A DNA stretch of 64,000 bases from Malacoraja senta (taxonomy: Eukaryota): assembly GCA_038087875.1 (NCBI GenBank), contig CM075997.1:5086001-5150000 (forward strand). The letters are read 5' to 3'. Each line of letters starts with the position of its first letter. Positions within the stretch are counted from its first letter, which is position 1. Both the position numbers and the translations under genes were made by a program. Below the pieces are notes generated by a model. It made no database searches. It was not told where the DNA came from and worked only from the letters and a program-made list of their open reading frames with translations. Shown piece by piece: positions 63,271 through 64,000 of this stretch.

Positions 63271-64000
63271 CAGGTATGGTTTATTAAAGTCATGTTACTG
63301 AGGCACAGAAAAAAAGGTTCCTGTTAAACAATATACACCGAGTGCTGGAGTAACTCAGCGGGTCAGGCAGCATCTGTGGAGAACATGGATCGGTGACGTT
63401 TGTGATCAGGACTTTGTTGGTTTAGTTTAGAGATACAGCGTGTAAACAGGCCCTTCAGCCCACTGAGTCCGCACATTAACATTATCCTACACACTAGGGG
63501 CAATTTTTAATTTCCCGAAGGCAATTAACCTACAAACCTGTACGTCTTTGGAGTGTGGGAAGAAACCGGAGCACCCGGGGAACGTACAAATTCCGTACAG
63601 ATAAGTGCCGGTAGTCAGGATGGAACCCGGGTCTCTGAGTAAGGCAGCAACTCTACCGCTGCTCCACCGTGCCAGCCCTTTATCTCTGTGGCTGTCTCAC
63701 TGAGTTCCAGTCTCTACTCATTTTCATTTTTGCACTTCCTGTTGTGCACATGTGCAGTATGACGTCGACACAAGGCAACGCAGATGCAGGTTGGCAAAAA
63801 AAAAGTCACAAAGTGCTGGAGGAACCTTGTCTGAACTGGAACTGGAAGAGTTGGGTGGCACGGTTGCACAGCAGTAGAGTTGCTGCCCCACAGCGCCAAA
63901 GACCCGGGCACTCCTAACCTCCTCCCACCTATCCACACTCATCCAGTAACCCATCACCATCTCACACACTCGGACATGCAGAACAGTTCAGTTCAGTTTA

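Overview
Eukaryotic, repeat-dense vertebrate DNA, most likely from a cartilaginous fish (ray, skate or shark), judged by HE1-like V-SINEs, CR1-type LINEs and Penelope-like fragments. It contains the internal part of one plus-strand gene encoding a Ras guanyl-releasing protein of the RASGRP1/RASGRP4 subfamily (REM, CDC25 GEF, EF-hands, C1). I can trace 13 consecutive in-phase coding exons (1695 nt) from 10546 to 62483; the first and last exons are not in the window. The first traced intron (10652-19240) is a minor-spliceosome AT-AC intron. About 11 kb (36937-48483 vs 48684-59680) is repeated on either side of a 200-N gap, most likely an unmerged haplotype or contig overlap; the left copy carries two frameshifting 1-nt insertions in one exon. 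The introns hold nested SINE, CR1, L1/Tx1, Rex1, Vingi-like, Penelope, Harbinger-type and Tc1 fragments plus micro- and minisatellites. The most unusual non-genic signal is a family of Penelope-terminus fragments with a hammerhead-ribozyme-like core (CTGAAGA-stem-GAAAC-GTC), often arranged as 170-210 bp palindromes whose axis sits right at that core. Almost all ORFs in the supplied track are repeat artefacts.
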